This document shows positions 40,301-53,000 of a stretch of 64,000 nucleotides of DNA, in pieces. Positions within the stretch are counted from its first letter, which is position 1. Each line of letters begins with the position of its first letter. Both the position numbers and the translations under genes were made by a program. Source of the stretch: Antedon mediterranea (lineage: Eukaryota > Animalia > Echinodermata); contig NC_092670.1 in assembly GCF_964355755.1 (NCBI RefSeq), positions 1,044,201 to 1,108,200 on the forward strand, written 5' to 3'. Below the pieces are notes generated by a model. The model was not told the origin of the DNA, made no database searches, and was given only the letters and a program-made list of their open reading frames with translations.

Positions 40301-43300
40301 GTAGAAGCGATTACTGGATATACTACATCCACACATGACCTCGCAGATGTTGTTATTCAGCAATGTTTTCCCATTTTCCAGGTAAGCTTTTTATCTCTTC
40401 TCTGGACTTTTAGCTTCTACGTTCTTTGCTTTCTCTTTCATGTCGTTCTGGATTTACTTATTTCATTCTTCTTCTTTTGTCTCACCTCATCCTTCGTTAT
40501 ACCATTTTCCTCTTTTTCTTTCTACTTCTCTCTCAATTTTCGTTCTAATGCTTTAAAATAAATATATTTATTGATGTAGGCCTAATAATAATAATGTTTG
40601 TGAATAGAAAATAAACAGAGACATGGGACTTGTAGTAATGGATGACCGCTTACATGTTCATATCAGAGGATCTGAAGATGGCGAACCGTACTACAGCACT
40701 CAAGGCGGCTCGATGACGGATAATGAATTTAAAGATCATGTCTTGAACGTTATCGACAAAACCTATGGTGAGTGCTACTGTGGACACTCCATCCGCATTT
40801 ACCCCAATATGTTAAAGCTACAGAGGGTTCGACTCCAATCTTTACCCCATAGAGGAGGACGTGATGACATTTTTGACATCGGCTAATGCTGCTGTGTATG
40901 TTTTCTAAAGAATATATACAATGTACATATTTTAATAAACGTTCTAAAATGCTAATGTGTATTTTGCTTAGATCCCGTTCATTTTCCTTCAATGTGTTCT
41001 GTGAACCCATTTACATCCGGAGAAACATTTCCAAAAACTGCAACATCAGCAGAAGAGGCCGTTGGGAAAGTAGATCATCCAATAACTAGGAATGATATTG
41101 AAGACTTTGAAAAGTACAGTAATTTACTTAATTACTTCATTAATTGTGTCATTTTAAATAATATAGGTTACTTATATGGATCATTTTCCGAATCGTATAA
41201 CTCCTAGTCTACTTAGTAACTTTACTAACTGGTCTACACTGGCAAACGGCGTACAGCTTTTGACAAACGGCAGGAGTTTGCCTGTGAGTTTGTAAATAAA
41301 TTGGCTTTAGTTATCCATGAAATGTAAACGACACTAGCAAACTCTGAGTTTGACAAGTTTTCCAAAATTTGCTATTCTACAATTACTGAACATTTTTGCG
41401 TATGGTTTGTAAAATCAGCGAATTAAACGACAATGTTTATAGTCATGTGACGAATGCCTCCAGTAAAGCCTGTTTTACACTAGAGCAAACTTTTACTAAA
41501 ACGTTTTGTTCAAAACTGCGAGTCTGCTCAGGGTGTCACGAAAGCTCAGACCACGAAAGCTCAGACCCCCTAAGGGTTCTAGGACACCTACCCCCTGGAC
41601 AGTTACCCCCCGGATGTTTACCACCCGGACAACTACCCCCTTAGGACAACTACCCCCCGGACAACTACCTCCTTAGGACAACTACCCCCTTAGGATAACA
41701 ACCCCCCGGACAACTACCCCCCGGACAACCACCCCCTTAGGACAACTACCCCCTTAGGACAACTACCCCCCGGTCAACTACCCCCCGGTCAACTACCCCC
41801 CGGTCAACTACCCCCCCCCCCCCCAATCTAAAAGTAGACAAATATATAGGACCGGTTTCTGTAAAAATGAAATCATCTGTTTTTAACGGGTGTTTCGAAA
41901 CTAGAGACCCGAGACCAGAGACCTGACACGAGACCAAATACGAAAAGGGAGACCTATATTTGGGTCGGTTCTAGGACACCTACCCCCTGGACAGTTACCC
42001 CCCGGATGTTTACCACCCGGACAACTACCCCCTTAGGACAACTACCCCCTTAGGACAACTACCCCCCGGACAACTACCCCCTGGACAACTACCCCCTTAG
42101 GACAACTACCCCCTTAGGATAACAACCCCCCGGACAACTACCCCCCGGACAACCGCCCCCTTAGGACAACTACCCTCTTAGGACAACTACCCCCCGGTCA
42201 ACTACCCCCCGGTCAACTACCCCCCCCCCCCCAATCTAAAAGTAGACAAATATATAGGACCGGTTTCTGTAAAAATGAAATCATCTGTTTTTAACGGGTG
42301 TTTCGAAACTAGAGACCCGAGACCAGAGACCTGACACGAGACCAAATACGAAAAGGGAGACCTATATTTGGGTCTCCCTTTTCGTATATTAGGGTCTCCC
42401 TTTTCGTATAGTGTGGTCTCTTTCTTCGTATAGTGGGGTCTCCCTTTTCTTATAGTGGGTCTCCCTTTTCGTATATTTGGGTCTCCCATTTCGTATATTT
42501 GGGTCTCCCTTTTCGTATATTTGGTCTCCCTTTTCGTATATTTAGGTCTCCCTTTTCGTATATTAGGGTCTCCCTTTTCGTATAGTGGGGTCTCCCTTTT
42601 CGTATAGTGGGGTCTCCCTTTTCGTACGTGGGTCTCCCTTTTCGTATATTTAGGTCTCCCTTTTCGTATTGGGTCTCGGGTCTCATGGTCTCTGGTCTCG
42701 GGTCTCTAGTTTCGAAACACCCGTTTTTAACCGATTATTCTGTTTAACAGCACGCTAGGCCCTAGATGTGCTAGATTTAAAGTACCGTACTTATTGAAAA
42801 AAACGGCCTGGGCTGTTTATTGTTTAGGTGGTTTTTAGGTGGACATTTATTGGAAGAAAGTTGTTTATTCAATGGGAGGGGGTATAATCTAATGGAAATA
42901 GACGCCGATTATTCCATATGATGTGTCATGGGAGTGACATGGTCACCGTTTATTTGAGGGGAATTTATTTAAAGATCGCCGTTTATTCGGTGAGTGAACA
43001 TTGAGGTCAAATATCAAAAGTGATATTATTCTTCAAGTGTACAAAAATACAAATGACAAATTTGAGACAAAAATTAATTCTTTTAAGACCAGTGGTTATC
43101 GAAGCATTGTCCTGACGCAAAAATTATTATTATTATTAGCGAACCCAGTCTTTACAGTAAATACAGGGAGTACTATATTCTCTGGGGGTAATTGTCAAGG
43201 GTAAATTGTTCCTAGGGGTAATTGTCCGGGGGTAGTTGTCCAGGGGTTAGTTGTCCTACGGAGGTAGTTGTCCTAAAAGATTATTTGCCCTCGGAGTATT

Positions 43301-46300
43301 GTCCAGGAAGTAGTTGTCCTACGGGGAGTATTGTGTCAGAGGTAGTTGTCCGCGGGGTAATTACCCGGGGAGGAGGGGGTAATTGTCCGGGGGGTAATTG
43401 TCCGGGGGGTAATTGTCCGGGGGGTAATTGTTCCTAGGGGGTAATTGTCCGGGGGGTAGTTGTCCAGGGGGTAGTTGTCCTAAGGGGGTAGTTGTCCTAA
43501 GGGGTAGTTGTCCGGGGGGTATTTGTCCGGGGGGTAGTTGTCCTAAAGGGGTAGTTGTCCTAAGGGGTAGTGGTCCAGGTGGTGGTTGTCCGGGGGGTAG
43601 TTTTCCGGGGGGTAAATGTCCAGGGGGTGAATATCCGGATACGCCCCTAAGACCTAAGATCACGAAAGCTAAGACCCAACACCTAAGATTACAAATATTT
43701 ATCTTTCGCACCTGCCTTCTATTTTAACTCCCAACATTTATTCTGAATACCACACCTTAGAATTGGCACTTTCATGAAAAAGAATCACATAAAAAGTAAC
43801 AAATACATTTTTAAATTGATGATTTTACAGACGTTTTTCTCGCACACAAAATGACTAGCCTACAGTACAGTAGGCCTACCCCATGGGCCATGTTCAATGT
43901 TTTTGTTTCTATGGAACGTCAAAAGAGCAAAAATTATATAGAGGGCTGAAAACTCTGTGGAGTCCATCTACAGTGTGGATGGAACAATGTAAAATTAAAA
44001 TTGTAATGATAATAGTATAATCATGCAAGTACGAAGAAATAAATACTGGCAAATAAATTTTAATTTAAAAATCATGATAAGTTTTTTTGTTTCGTTTTCT
44101 TTCTGTTTTTATACTTGTACTATTATTGTTGCTCTTTTGGCGCTCCATAGAAACAAAAACATTGAGCATGGGGAGCTCGAGGAGTTACATTGTCATTGCA
44201 GTATACAAAGAAACACATCTGTAAAATCATCAATTTAATTTTTATTAATTTATTTATTTGTTATTATGTGTTTCTCCTTCTGAAAGTACTTATAAGTCCT
44301 AATTTTAAAGTGTGGTGTTCAGGATAAAGTTAGTCAACAAATTTGGAGTCAAAATACAAGAAAGGCAGGTGCGTAAGAAAAACATCCTCTGAAGCAACAC
44401 AATGGGGTAAATATATACCAACAAACAACCCGTCAAGTTTGTTTGTTGTAAAGAAAAAATATACATTTACTCAACGGGCGAAAATAATGTGAGTTTATCT
44501 ATGTTTTGCGGTAGTATTAAATTATATTTATGGTAATAAATGAAACCTACTGTGTTTAAAATTATGTATGGATAAACAAGTATTGTTTTTAAGCTGTAGT
44601 ATATCTTAGTATTTGTAATCTTAGGTGTTGGGTCTTAGCTTTCGTGATCTTAGGTCTTAGGGGGTCTGAGCTTTCGTGGTCTGAGCTTTCGTGACACCCA
44701 GTCTGCTCATGCCCGCGATTAATAATGTTTTATTTTGTCTAGATTAATTCAGTATCCAGCTCGACTGATCGCCTTTGAAAACTCTGAACGTTCCTCAAGC
44801 TGGTGTGGAGACCAATCTCGGGGCTGTGTTGATTGTAGGAACACTATTTATGGATCAGCATTATCATCAAGGTATTGATGTTAATATTGATAATACATTT
44901 ATGACTGTATCAAGAGCCACTTTTTCTTCGACCAAAAGTGCTCTCAGTGTGCTTTAAAGTTAATAAGTGATTCTTTCAAATTCACCAAAGATTGTACTTG
45001 TGCTCACTTTAAGTTGTTTAATGATAGGCCTACAGTACTTATAAAAAGCTTTACTTTATGAATACAGATGCTCTGATCGGACAATGACTCCTAGATTAAT
45101 GAGCGTGTTACAGAAAATGCAAAAGATGACGTCAAATGCATATATTGGAGGTAATGAAATAATATAAATTCAGAATCATTGATTGATAAACATATTAATG
45201 TTTATGATGAAATAAAAACATCTCGCCACGGTAAAAGTAAAGGGTCACAAGTAATTTTTGTATAATTTGTTGATTCTAACTGTTGAGAGAAAACCTTTGA
45301 CTCAATTAAATTTGTAAAATTATCTTTTCAATAGAGAAACTTGTTATAATTGAAGCTTGGGATGAAGTTTACGCAGATGCGCCAGTAACTAGTGGCGATA
45401 ATCCAGAGGGCTCTCTGTACTATGAAGGTCGAGCAGCAAAGGTCACTCTACCTGTCGCAGACGATGGAAAACTCGGTCACGTGGCATCATTCGCACAGTG
45501 CAGTGGCGCGGATTTCGTTAAACATAATGGTTTGTTAAAAATATCAATGAGATGGTATAAAAGCCGTGGCTTGTGATAGGTCAAGTAATCACTTAGCCAT
45601 GTTTTATACTATTTGCGTTTATAAAGCGCGCCTCCATTCTGTCCGTGTAGGCCTACTGATTTCCCATTAAAAATGGGATGTAGGGCCTACTCTACTTTAA
45701 AGGTGTTTGAAGTGAATTTAATTATCTTAATTAATCACAGGTGATCATGTTTTCATTGCGGTACAGAAGCAGGCCGGATATGTCGCTCAGAAAGTTCAGT
45801 TTCCTAGCAATCAATTTATTGTCGTAGCTCCGCCCACACACCAGTTATCGCAACATGAACTGCCAATCAAATTTCAGGCCTATGGTGATAAAATGCCATT
45901 ATTTGACAGTGATCACCAGGTAACTAATTAGACCTTTGTATTCTATAAATCAAGCAATGCCACACATCAATCAATCAAGAAATTTCAACCAATCAAATGA
46001 TATAGATTTGGTGATTGAATAAAAGTTTGTCGCTTTAGTAGTCGATTCAATGGTAGTGAACAAAAATAACTGTCGATCAGTACAGTAAATGGACTGAATG
46101 ACTGACTTCCTGACTGAACTGTCCAACGACGTTTACTATCTGGAAGTTTATCATGAAAGTTACAAAAAATTATGGATAAAAAACTTCATTAAAAAAAAAA
46201 CTTATAAATTAAAACATTCATTGCATTTACAGAAGTTTAAAAATAGAATATTATTAAATATTACATGTATGAAGAAAGTTCTAACATACGCGTTACTTAT

Positions 46301-49248
46301 TAGATGGATAAGTTAGTGGCACAGGACTCATCGTTGTCGAACTTTGTTTCCATGGAATCACGATATCTGCGTTTGAATCCGCTGATTGCAAGGTGTTACC
46401 AGGCATTGATCACGAAGGAGAACAAATGGAGAGAAGGTACGTAATAATCGAATAACTTACTATAACCTGATGAATATAGAAACTTTATAAATTCTCTTTT
46501 GTTTTACAGGTAAACAAGAGGTAAACATTGACGTTCTCTGGTCTTACCTAACTAATATTCAGCGCAATGATTTGATGGAGAATGACGATCCGCGCTACGA
46601 CACGCCTGCTCTTGGACGCGCAATGCAGGTCATGTACGATCCATCATCCGTAGTAAATGACCAGGAAGTCTTCACACCAAGACGTCTAGTGAACCTTATA
46701 GCACACCAGTGTGGACCACTATTTCAAAAACCTGGATTCCAGATAGGCATTGGTAAGTAGGATATGGTAGAAACAATTAGCATATACATTGATGTTTGAT
46801 TGCCTTTTAAAAAATAGACATTAAAGAAAACATTAGTCTCTATTTGACACAAGTTTGAAAATGTTATTTTGTTTGCTTAGGGCTGTATAACGGTTCGGTA
46901 TTTGTAGACCTGAGAAGCGAATTCAAAGTCTGGGTTGAAGAACAACAACTACTGAACGGTGAAACATTGGAGGAGTTCACACAAGACGTGAAAGATCGAA
47001 CTAAAGCAGCGTTAGGTAAAGATTTACAACATTATTATGCGTATTGTAAACGTCATTTCTGTAATAAGGGGAGATTTAGAAATCACGACGGAAACTTTAC
47101 GTCTTACAATTTACTTAATTTGCTTTGAATTGCGCATGCCTAATTTATATGTATAACTTTTCTTTGGTTGTGTTTGTGAAAGTACAAAAAGTATGATGAA
47201 AAGTGTATGCAAGAACACTATAAATATAACCGCCACCTATGTCTAGGTGTTCAAGTTAACACATTTTAAATTTTCAAATTAGTAGTTTTGGATTTATGAA
47301 AAAATTTAAATAAAACTAGTTTGTTTGAGCGAATGACATGTAGTGTGAAACAAACTTGTTTCTACTTGTTTTAGAAAGTCGTGTAATAGACCCAGACGAC
47401 AAGACGACTGTGTGCAAATCTTCAGTCAAGCCAGAAAAACAGTCCATTGACTTTGAGCATACATTCCCAGAATCTTGGTCAGCTTTCACTGGCTCCAGCA
47501 GTTGCAAGTCAACTCTAGATACAGAGTTTTGCAAAACATCTGCGGGACATCGAAAAGAGGAGGTACTTAAAAGCAAACCAAGGACGGCTAATGTGTTTCT
47601 TTACCTTCTTGGTGTAAAAATGTTTATACAGGAATCATATATGAAACTAAATTTAAGCACTACTGTAGTTTAAATTATTGTACGTACTCTATAAATAAAA
47701 AATAGGTTAACTCATGCATTATTTCGTTTAGGTTGAAAGATTGTGGACAGAAATTACACGAAAATATCTTTACCGCAATAGGCAAGATGTGAGAAATGCT
47801 CTGGAAGGTTGTTTTGGCGGCTGCAGTACTTGCGAAGAAGGTAAAACAAAACAAATTAAAAATGTAATTACATTTTGTTGGTCTGGAACAAGATGTTGCC
47901 AACTGAAAGTTGCTAGATTCTAGTACAAATTGCTTAGGTAGCCTATCTCAATGGCTGTTGCTGCTTAATGCTACGTAATTTAATTGTTTGAAGGTTTGCA
48001 TGGCGAAATCAATATGTAAGTACACCACGTATAATAGTTCTAAAAAGTGTTGAGTTTCTTGACGTTTCGAACAATATACTTCGATGGTCCTCATGCTACG
48101 TAGTTCTTATCATACTGACTATGCTCCAAAATGAACATTTCTTTCGTTTGCTTGTCTATAGGCGTTTATTATGATGCCAAAATTGAAAGCTGTAACAACC
48201 TAATTCACTGGATACCATTTTCATTTCTCGAGGAACAAGACAGATCAAACTTCTATGCTCGGGAAAACCAAGAAATGAAAGCATATGCTTGCAAAGAACA
48301 TTGTATCGATACATCTCCAATATTCTCATTAGTCGGTAAGAATCTTCTTGTTTCACGGCAGCTTATCTAGGATTATTACCTAGTGGATCCAGGATGTCGA
48401 AAACAAGCATCCACATAATAACAAAGTTCCTAGAATGTAATGTAAAACATTTCTTTTGCATTAAGAAAGATCTAAAGTTTTTTTTTAAATTGTTATTTAC
48501 CAAATTATAACCACAGAAATTCTGATTTGATTATGGGAAAAAACTTGGACATCTATTGAACATCAACTGACTAGGCCCAACACGTTTTCACCATTTAAAT
48601 AAACACGATACGATATCTAACTGTTATTATTCTATCAATTATTGTTGAAGCTCCATCGCTAGAAGCAGTGTTCCGACCTGACCCAAAGGAGAGTGCCACA
48701 CATGATCTTTACGCTGCAAATGAAAACCCACTGCCCGTCAATGATTTGCTGTACAGACTTTATGCACTTCATTCCAGAGGAACCGTTAAATTCTGGGTCA
48801 AAGACGACGAGGAACTTTTGACTCTAAAAATTCCACTACAGGTAGGCAATGCTAAAATAAAATTCGCAGATCAAAAGATCTTTGAATATGTGATCGGCTA
48901 ATTTTGATGTTGATTACATTCGGCATTGTTTCAAAGAAATCACTTTAACGTTTGCAATTGTTATTATCTTTGTAATTTTTGTACATATTTCAATTAGTAA
49001 CATCACAAAAACAGCGATCGTACGATTATCATCTACATGAATTGTTTTTTCTTAAATTATGATTTCAGGTGTTAATGGTTTACAATAAAGATATTACTGA
49101 TATCGAGATAAATGTTGGAGCGAAAGTCAACGTAAATAGCGTAATTGGAGTAATGAAGAGTCTGATTATGGATTGGTCAAAGTCAAGCTGTGCAGATTAT
49201 TCTAGAGAATATATGCCGCCATTTGTTGTCAATGCCATTTCTGCCTAA
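37308..49248 (+). CDS. Secreted ~915-aa protein: signal peptide - peptidase M15A-like - Hedge (Hedgehog-N) - M15A-like - Cys-rich/unknown C-terminal region; no Hint domain
   Basis: 17 phase-consistent GT-AG exons: 37308-37374, 39679-39941, 40205-40381, 40608-40767, 40972-41113, 44743-44871, 45068-45150, 45335-45529, 45741-45919, 46304-46436, 46510-46752, 46881-47015, 47375-47562, 47732-47840, 48162-48335, 48651-48841, 49069-49248 (2748 nt, no internal stop). Signal-like MARDRGYFLLLVIVCSFWKTNSG. Hedge motifs PITRN, SDRTMTPRL, KLVIIEAWDE, SLYYEGRA, GADFV, DHVFIAV. Confidence 0.85.
37640..39243. mobile_element. Non-autonomous hAT-type DNA transposon in intron 1 of the Hedge gene
   Basis: TIR CAGTGGTGGCGCCAG / CTGGCGCCACCCCTG; 8-bp TSD GTCAAATG; subterminal TAGCCCCC..GTCGGGGA repeats; internal ~300-bp direct repeat (37718-38020 / 38025-38350). 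Confidence 0.9.
39415..39590. repeat. Tandem repeat, ~58 bp x3
   Basis: TCTGTGAATGTATGTTTTAATACTATACTGCCAACCTCACAGGGGACACTCTTATTTA occurs three times. Confidence 0.95.
41575..43643. mobile_element. Foldback element with GGACAACTACCCCC subterminal arrays, inserted in the outer element's left TIR
   Basis: 8-bp TSD CCCCTAAG (41567-41574, 43644-43651); arrays of GGACAACTACCCCC at left and their reverse complement at right. Confidence 0.85.
42296..42722. mobile_element. Mutator-like MITE (innermost element of the nest)
   Basis: TIR GGGTGTTTCGAAACTAGAGACCCGAGACCAGAGACC; 9-bp TSD GTTTTTAAC; internal array of GGGTCTCCCTTTTCGTATA. Confidence 0.88.
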
Positions 49249-50028
49249 CATTCATCTTATAACAATGTAATAAATGTTTATAATATCCAACCTTTTTATT
49301 TTGCACTTTTAACATTAATCAATGTTGTGCTTTTTACATTTTCTGTTGATTGTTTAGAGCTTAGAGGCGCCCTGCATTTTGCGCTATATAAATTGAACAT
49401 TATTAATATTATTATATGACCATCTACGCAAACTACATATTGCCCATTAATGTTATATACAAGTAAATGATGTGAATGTCCTCACGACGAGACAAATAAA
49501 TATTTAATATGATATATAATTCGACGAAATACTTTGTGTTACTTAGAACGTTAACATATTAAAGTTACAAATATGGTTTTAAGATTATTAGATGCTTGTA
49601 TAAGAAATTATGCTTGTTTCCTTCAAGATAGGCCTACCAGGATTAACAAAATAGTACCAATAAAGGTGTGTCTCCTAGTGGTCGTAGCACATTCAACTTG
49701 CAATTCAAAAAACACATAAACTGTGTTAATTTGTCAATAAACTTTAAATCAAACAAACGAACTTGAACATGTTATTACAACTTATTCAAAGAGGATAATA
49801 AATGTGTAATGTGTACATGGTGTTTGCATTATTTAATATTAATTCTGTCAGGATATTATAATGATAATTTATATTCTTACAAAAAGTGACTAATTGAGTC
49901 ATCAATGCATCCAATCAGTATTCTCGAACACGTTCGTTGTCGGCAGCTTCTTGTACGTTTGATTAATTCTCGCTGGACTTCGAAATTGATCAATGGTGTA
50001 ATTTTTTTCCACTAATTTTTAACACAAG

Positions 50029-53000
50029 ATGTGTTTTCTAAGAAACTTAGGATGTATACTTACACTTTTGCTAATTTGCCAAAATACAGGTAAGTGTCTG
50101 TATATCTAACAATGTTAAGAGTCATACATTTGAAGAAGATGGATTTGTATACCAGTGACTCAATTACATTTAGACATTTTATAGGTATTTTGGTTTCCTT
50201 CAACAAGAGTCTTTATGATTTGATTTTATGTTCTGACGTCTCTCGGGAAATCAACCCAACAAAATATTTGAAAAAGAAAATGCAGAGAAACTGCCATTGG
50301 TCCGATTGGTTCCATTTTCCATTAAGATGAAACTCTTTGTCCTAATATATCCGAATAAAACAAATGCAAATTTGAATTTGTGTGTTAGTTTGGTAAATGC
50401 CTTTTACCTAAGTTTTAAATAAAACATAATTGGTTAAAGTTATTTTGCACAACATTTCAGGGGTATGTTATTGTCGTGAATGGAACAACTACAGTACCAG
50501 TTGGTATAAGATTTACGATAACAATCAGGTTGATTGGGTAACTGCGCACAGTACATGTCATAGAGAAGGAGGATCATTAGCTTCAGTGACGTCATCTGGT
50601 GAAAATCAATTTGTTGGTTCATTAGGAAATGTTCATAATCTCTGGATCGGATTAAATGACTGGGACCATGAAGGGACGTTCCAGTGGACAAATGGCGACC
50701 CTATAGTAAACTATACAAGTACGTATTATATTTTAACCAATATTTTTAGTCGCATGGAAGCGACTCTATAGTTCACTATGTCGGTCGGTCTGTCGGTCTG
50801 TCGGTCTGTCGGTCTGTTGGTCCGGTATCACTATGCGTTTTATCGCTTTCTGACCTTATCTTGATATCAGTTTAATCTAGCTAAGTCAATTTTTTACAGT
50901 ATATTCCTTATGGCCAGGAATCGATGTGGTTATGTTTTCACGGTGCGCAATAAAAAATTACGCGGTCTACGCACGATTTAACGAAATCACGTTTGTAATC
51001 ATATCTTCACAACCATGAATCACAATTAAATAAAATTTGGTACTCATAAATTTCAGGGCATAAATCATCATATGGCAATACAATTACGTGCGTAGCGCAT
51101 GTAACGCATGCGTACGCGCGCTTAAAATTTACAAAATTTATTTTCGACGAAATAAGAGTACGTTTCAGGCAATTTTAAGCGTTTATAAAATTGCCATGAG
51201 TGCGCAGATTTTTGCGCGCACACTGCGCGTTAAATGTTGTTGCGCACTCTTTTTGCCCGATTTCTGTTTTTTTGACTTACTTTTCAACTCGAAATTACGT
51301 TATACGAGCACGTCAAAAGTGACAGGCTACGCACGTGTAAATTAAAAAAATATAACTGTTTTTAAACATTTCAACATTTTTAAACATGTTCAGTAATTTC
51401 GGTCAGTTGGTAGGTTGGTCGGTTGGTCGGTAAACACTAAGCACGCGACTGCAGCCACCTATATGGCCTTGTTATTTTAAAGGTGACGGGTATGTGGTAT
51501 CCTAGATCGTAAGTATTCTCTTTGTATTTGTTTCTATTTCATAGATTGGGAAAACAAGAGTAACCATAATACGGACGGAGAGGATTGCACCGTAATGCTA
51601 AGTACTGGTGACAACAAATGGTCAATGAAAAATTGCAGCGACAACTACCATTTCGTTTGTGAAAAAGGTACCATTGTTATTAAAAGATATACTGAAAGTT
51701 AATTAATTAATTTAAAACGATAAAGATGAAGAAATCTGTGAGAATGAGAAAAAGTCGCCCCAACCGAGACTCGAACTCGGACCGCCATGCTTGATATGCA
51801 GATGTACTAACCATTAGACCACTGGGGCTTTCATGGTATAGTTCAAACTCGATTGGATAGCGACTCTTTAACATTCTCGGCGTGGTACGGCGGAACAGCA
51901 CTAGTCCTCAGTTGTATGCACGCACACCAGAGATCAAATTGATACGCCCTAATCTTTCAGTATTTTTATTCACAAGGCGGGATCTCCGAAGAGATACTTT
52001 TATATATATAAACACATCAGGCAAAGAACATTAATTCTAAACCGCCCGCGGTGATATACTGAAATTTAATTAATTAATTTGAAACGATAAAGATGAGGAA
52101 ATCTATGAGAATGAGAAAAAGTCGCCCCAACCGAGACACGAACTCGGACCGCCTGCTTGAAATGCAGATGTCCTAACCATTAGACCACTGGGGCTTTCAT
52201 GGTATTGTTCAAACTCGATTGGATAGCGACGCTTTAACATTCTCGGCGTGGTACGGCGGATCGGAACAGCATTAAGGCCGGTGCACACCGAACGCGAAGC
52301 CGCGAAGCGTCATGCGTCACGCGTCATTCGACGGATCGCTTTGAAAGTTGAATTGTCATGCGTCTATTAGTTTTTCTTGTCGGTTCCCACTAAACGCGTC
52401 ACGATGTGCTGATTCGTCGCGATTGCTAGGCCTAGGAGATAGTGGGTTGGCCAATAATACAATGCTACATTTAAAATAATCAGAGAAGATGACTCTGAAG
52501 TATTTCCTATGTAAGTTTAACCAGAGAAGAGTTAAATTAAAATGTAATTTAACTCTTCCCTGGTTACACCAATCACAGTGTTTGGTTTTGGTGGGAAAAT
52601 GTTATCCTTTTCCAAAGCCTGAAATGTGCATGATTGTATGTATATATCACAAGAACAGAAGAAGATGTATCCAATATCAATACAGTTACAAGAATTAAAG
52701 CATTTATTGCATGTTGATTACACGTACATATGTGATCTGCTGACTGTATTTATTAGTGGTGTTACAAATATCTTTCAACAGAGGTTATTATAACCATATA
52801 AAACATTTCATATAAACACGAACTGGGAATCTTCCTGGGTTTGTTACTTTCAAATATAAACTATAGGCCTAATATTAATGTAAAGTTTTCACATTCATTT
52901 TCTAATTATTATTAAATATTATATTATTCATGACAAAACATACAGTTTTTTTCTCATTTGATTAAATGTAATAAATATCCCAAACTCATATTTACACTGT

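Larger units (their letters stand above)
41531..44699. mobile_element. Mutator/foldback-like non-autonomous element (outer element of a nest)
   Basis: TIR GGGTGTCACGAAAGCTCAGACCACGAAAGCTCAGACCCCCTAAG; 10-bp TSD AGTCTGCTCA (41521-41530, 44700-44709); further internal inverted homology (~43885-43930 vs ~44128-44172). Confidence 0.88.

Noticed and set aside
42217-42686. Basic repeat ORFs (NIRKGRP / YEKGDP)
   Set aside because: Internal tandem array of the innermost MITE.
43222-43727. Collagen-like PPGQL / Cys-Gly-rich GGSCP ORFs
   Set aside because: Produced by the 15-bp subterminal arrays of a foldback transposon; no Gly-X-Y register or splice support.
47994-48015. Possible 22-nt micro-exon (AG...GTAAGT) in the Hedge gene
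   Set aside because: Inclusion shifts the frame of the next exon into a stop; at most a poison exon, and unsupported.
37308-49248. Calling the gene hedgehog or hedgling
   Set aside because: No N-terminal CGPG, no GCF/Hint autoprocessing domain, and no VWA, cadherin or TM segments were found.
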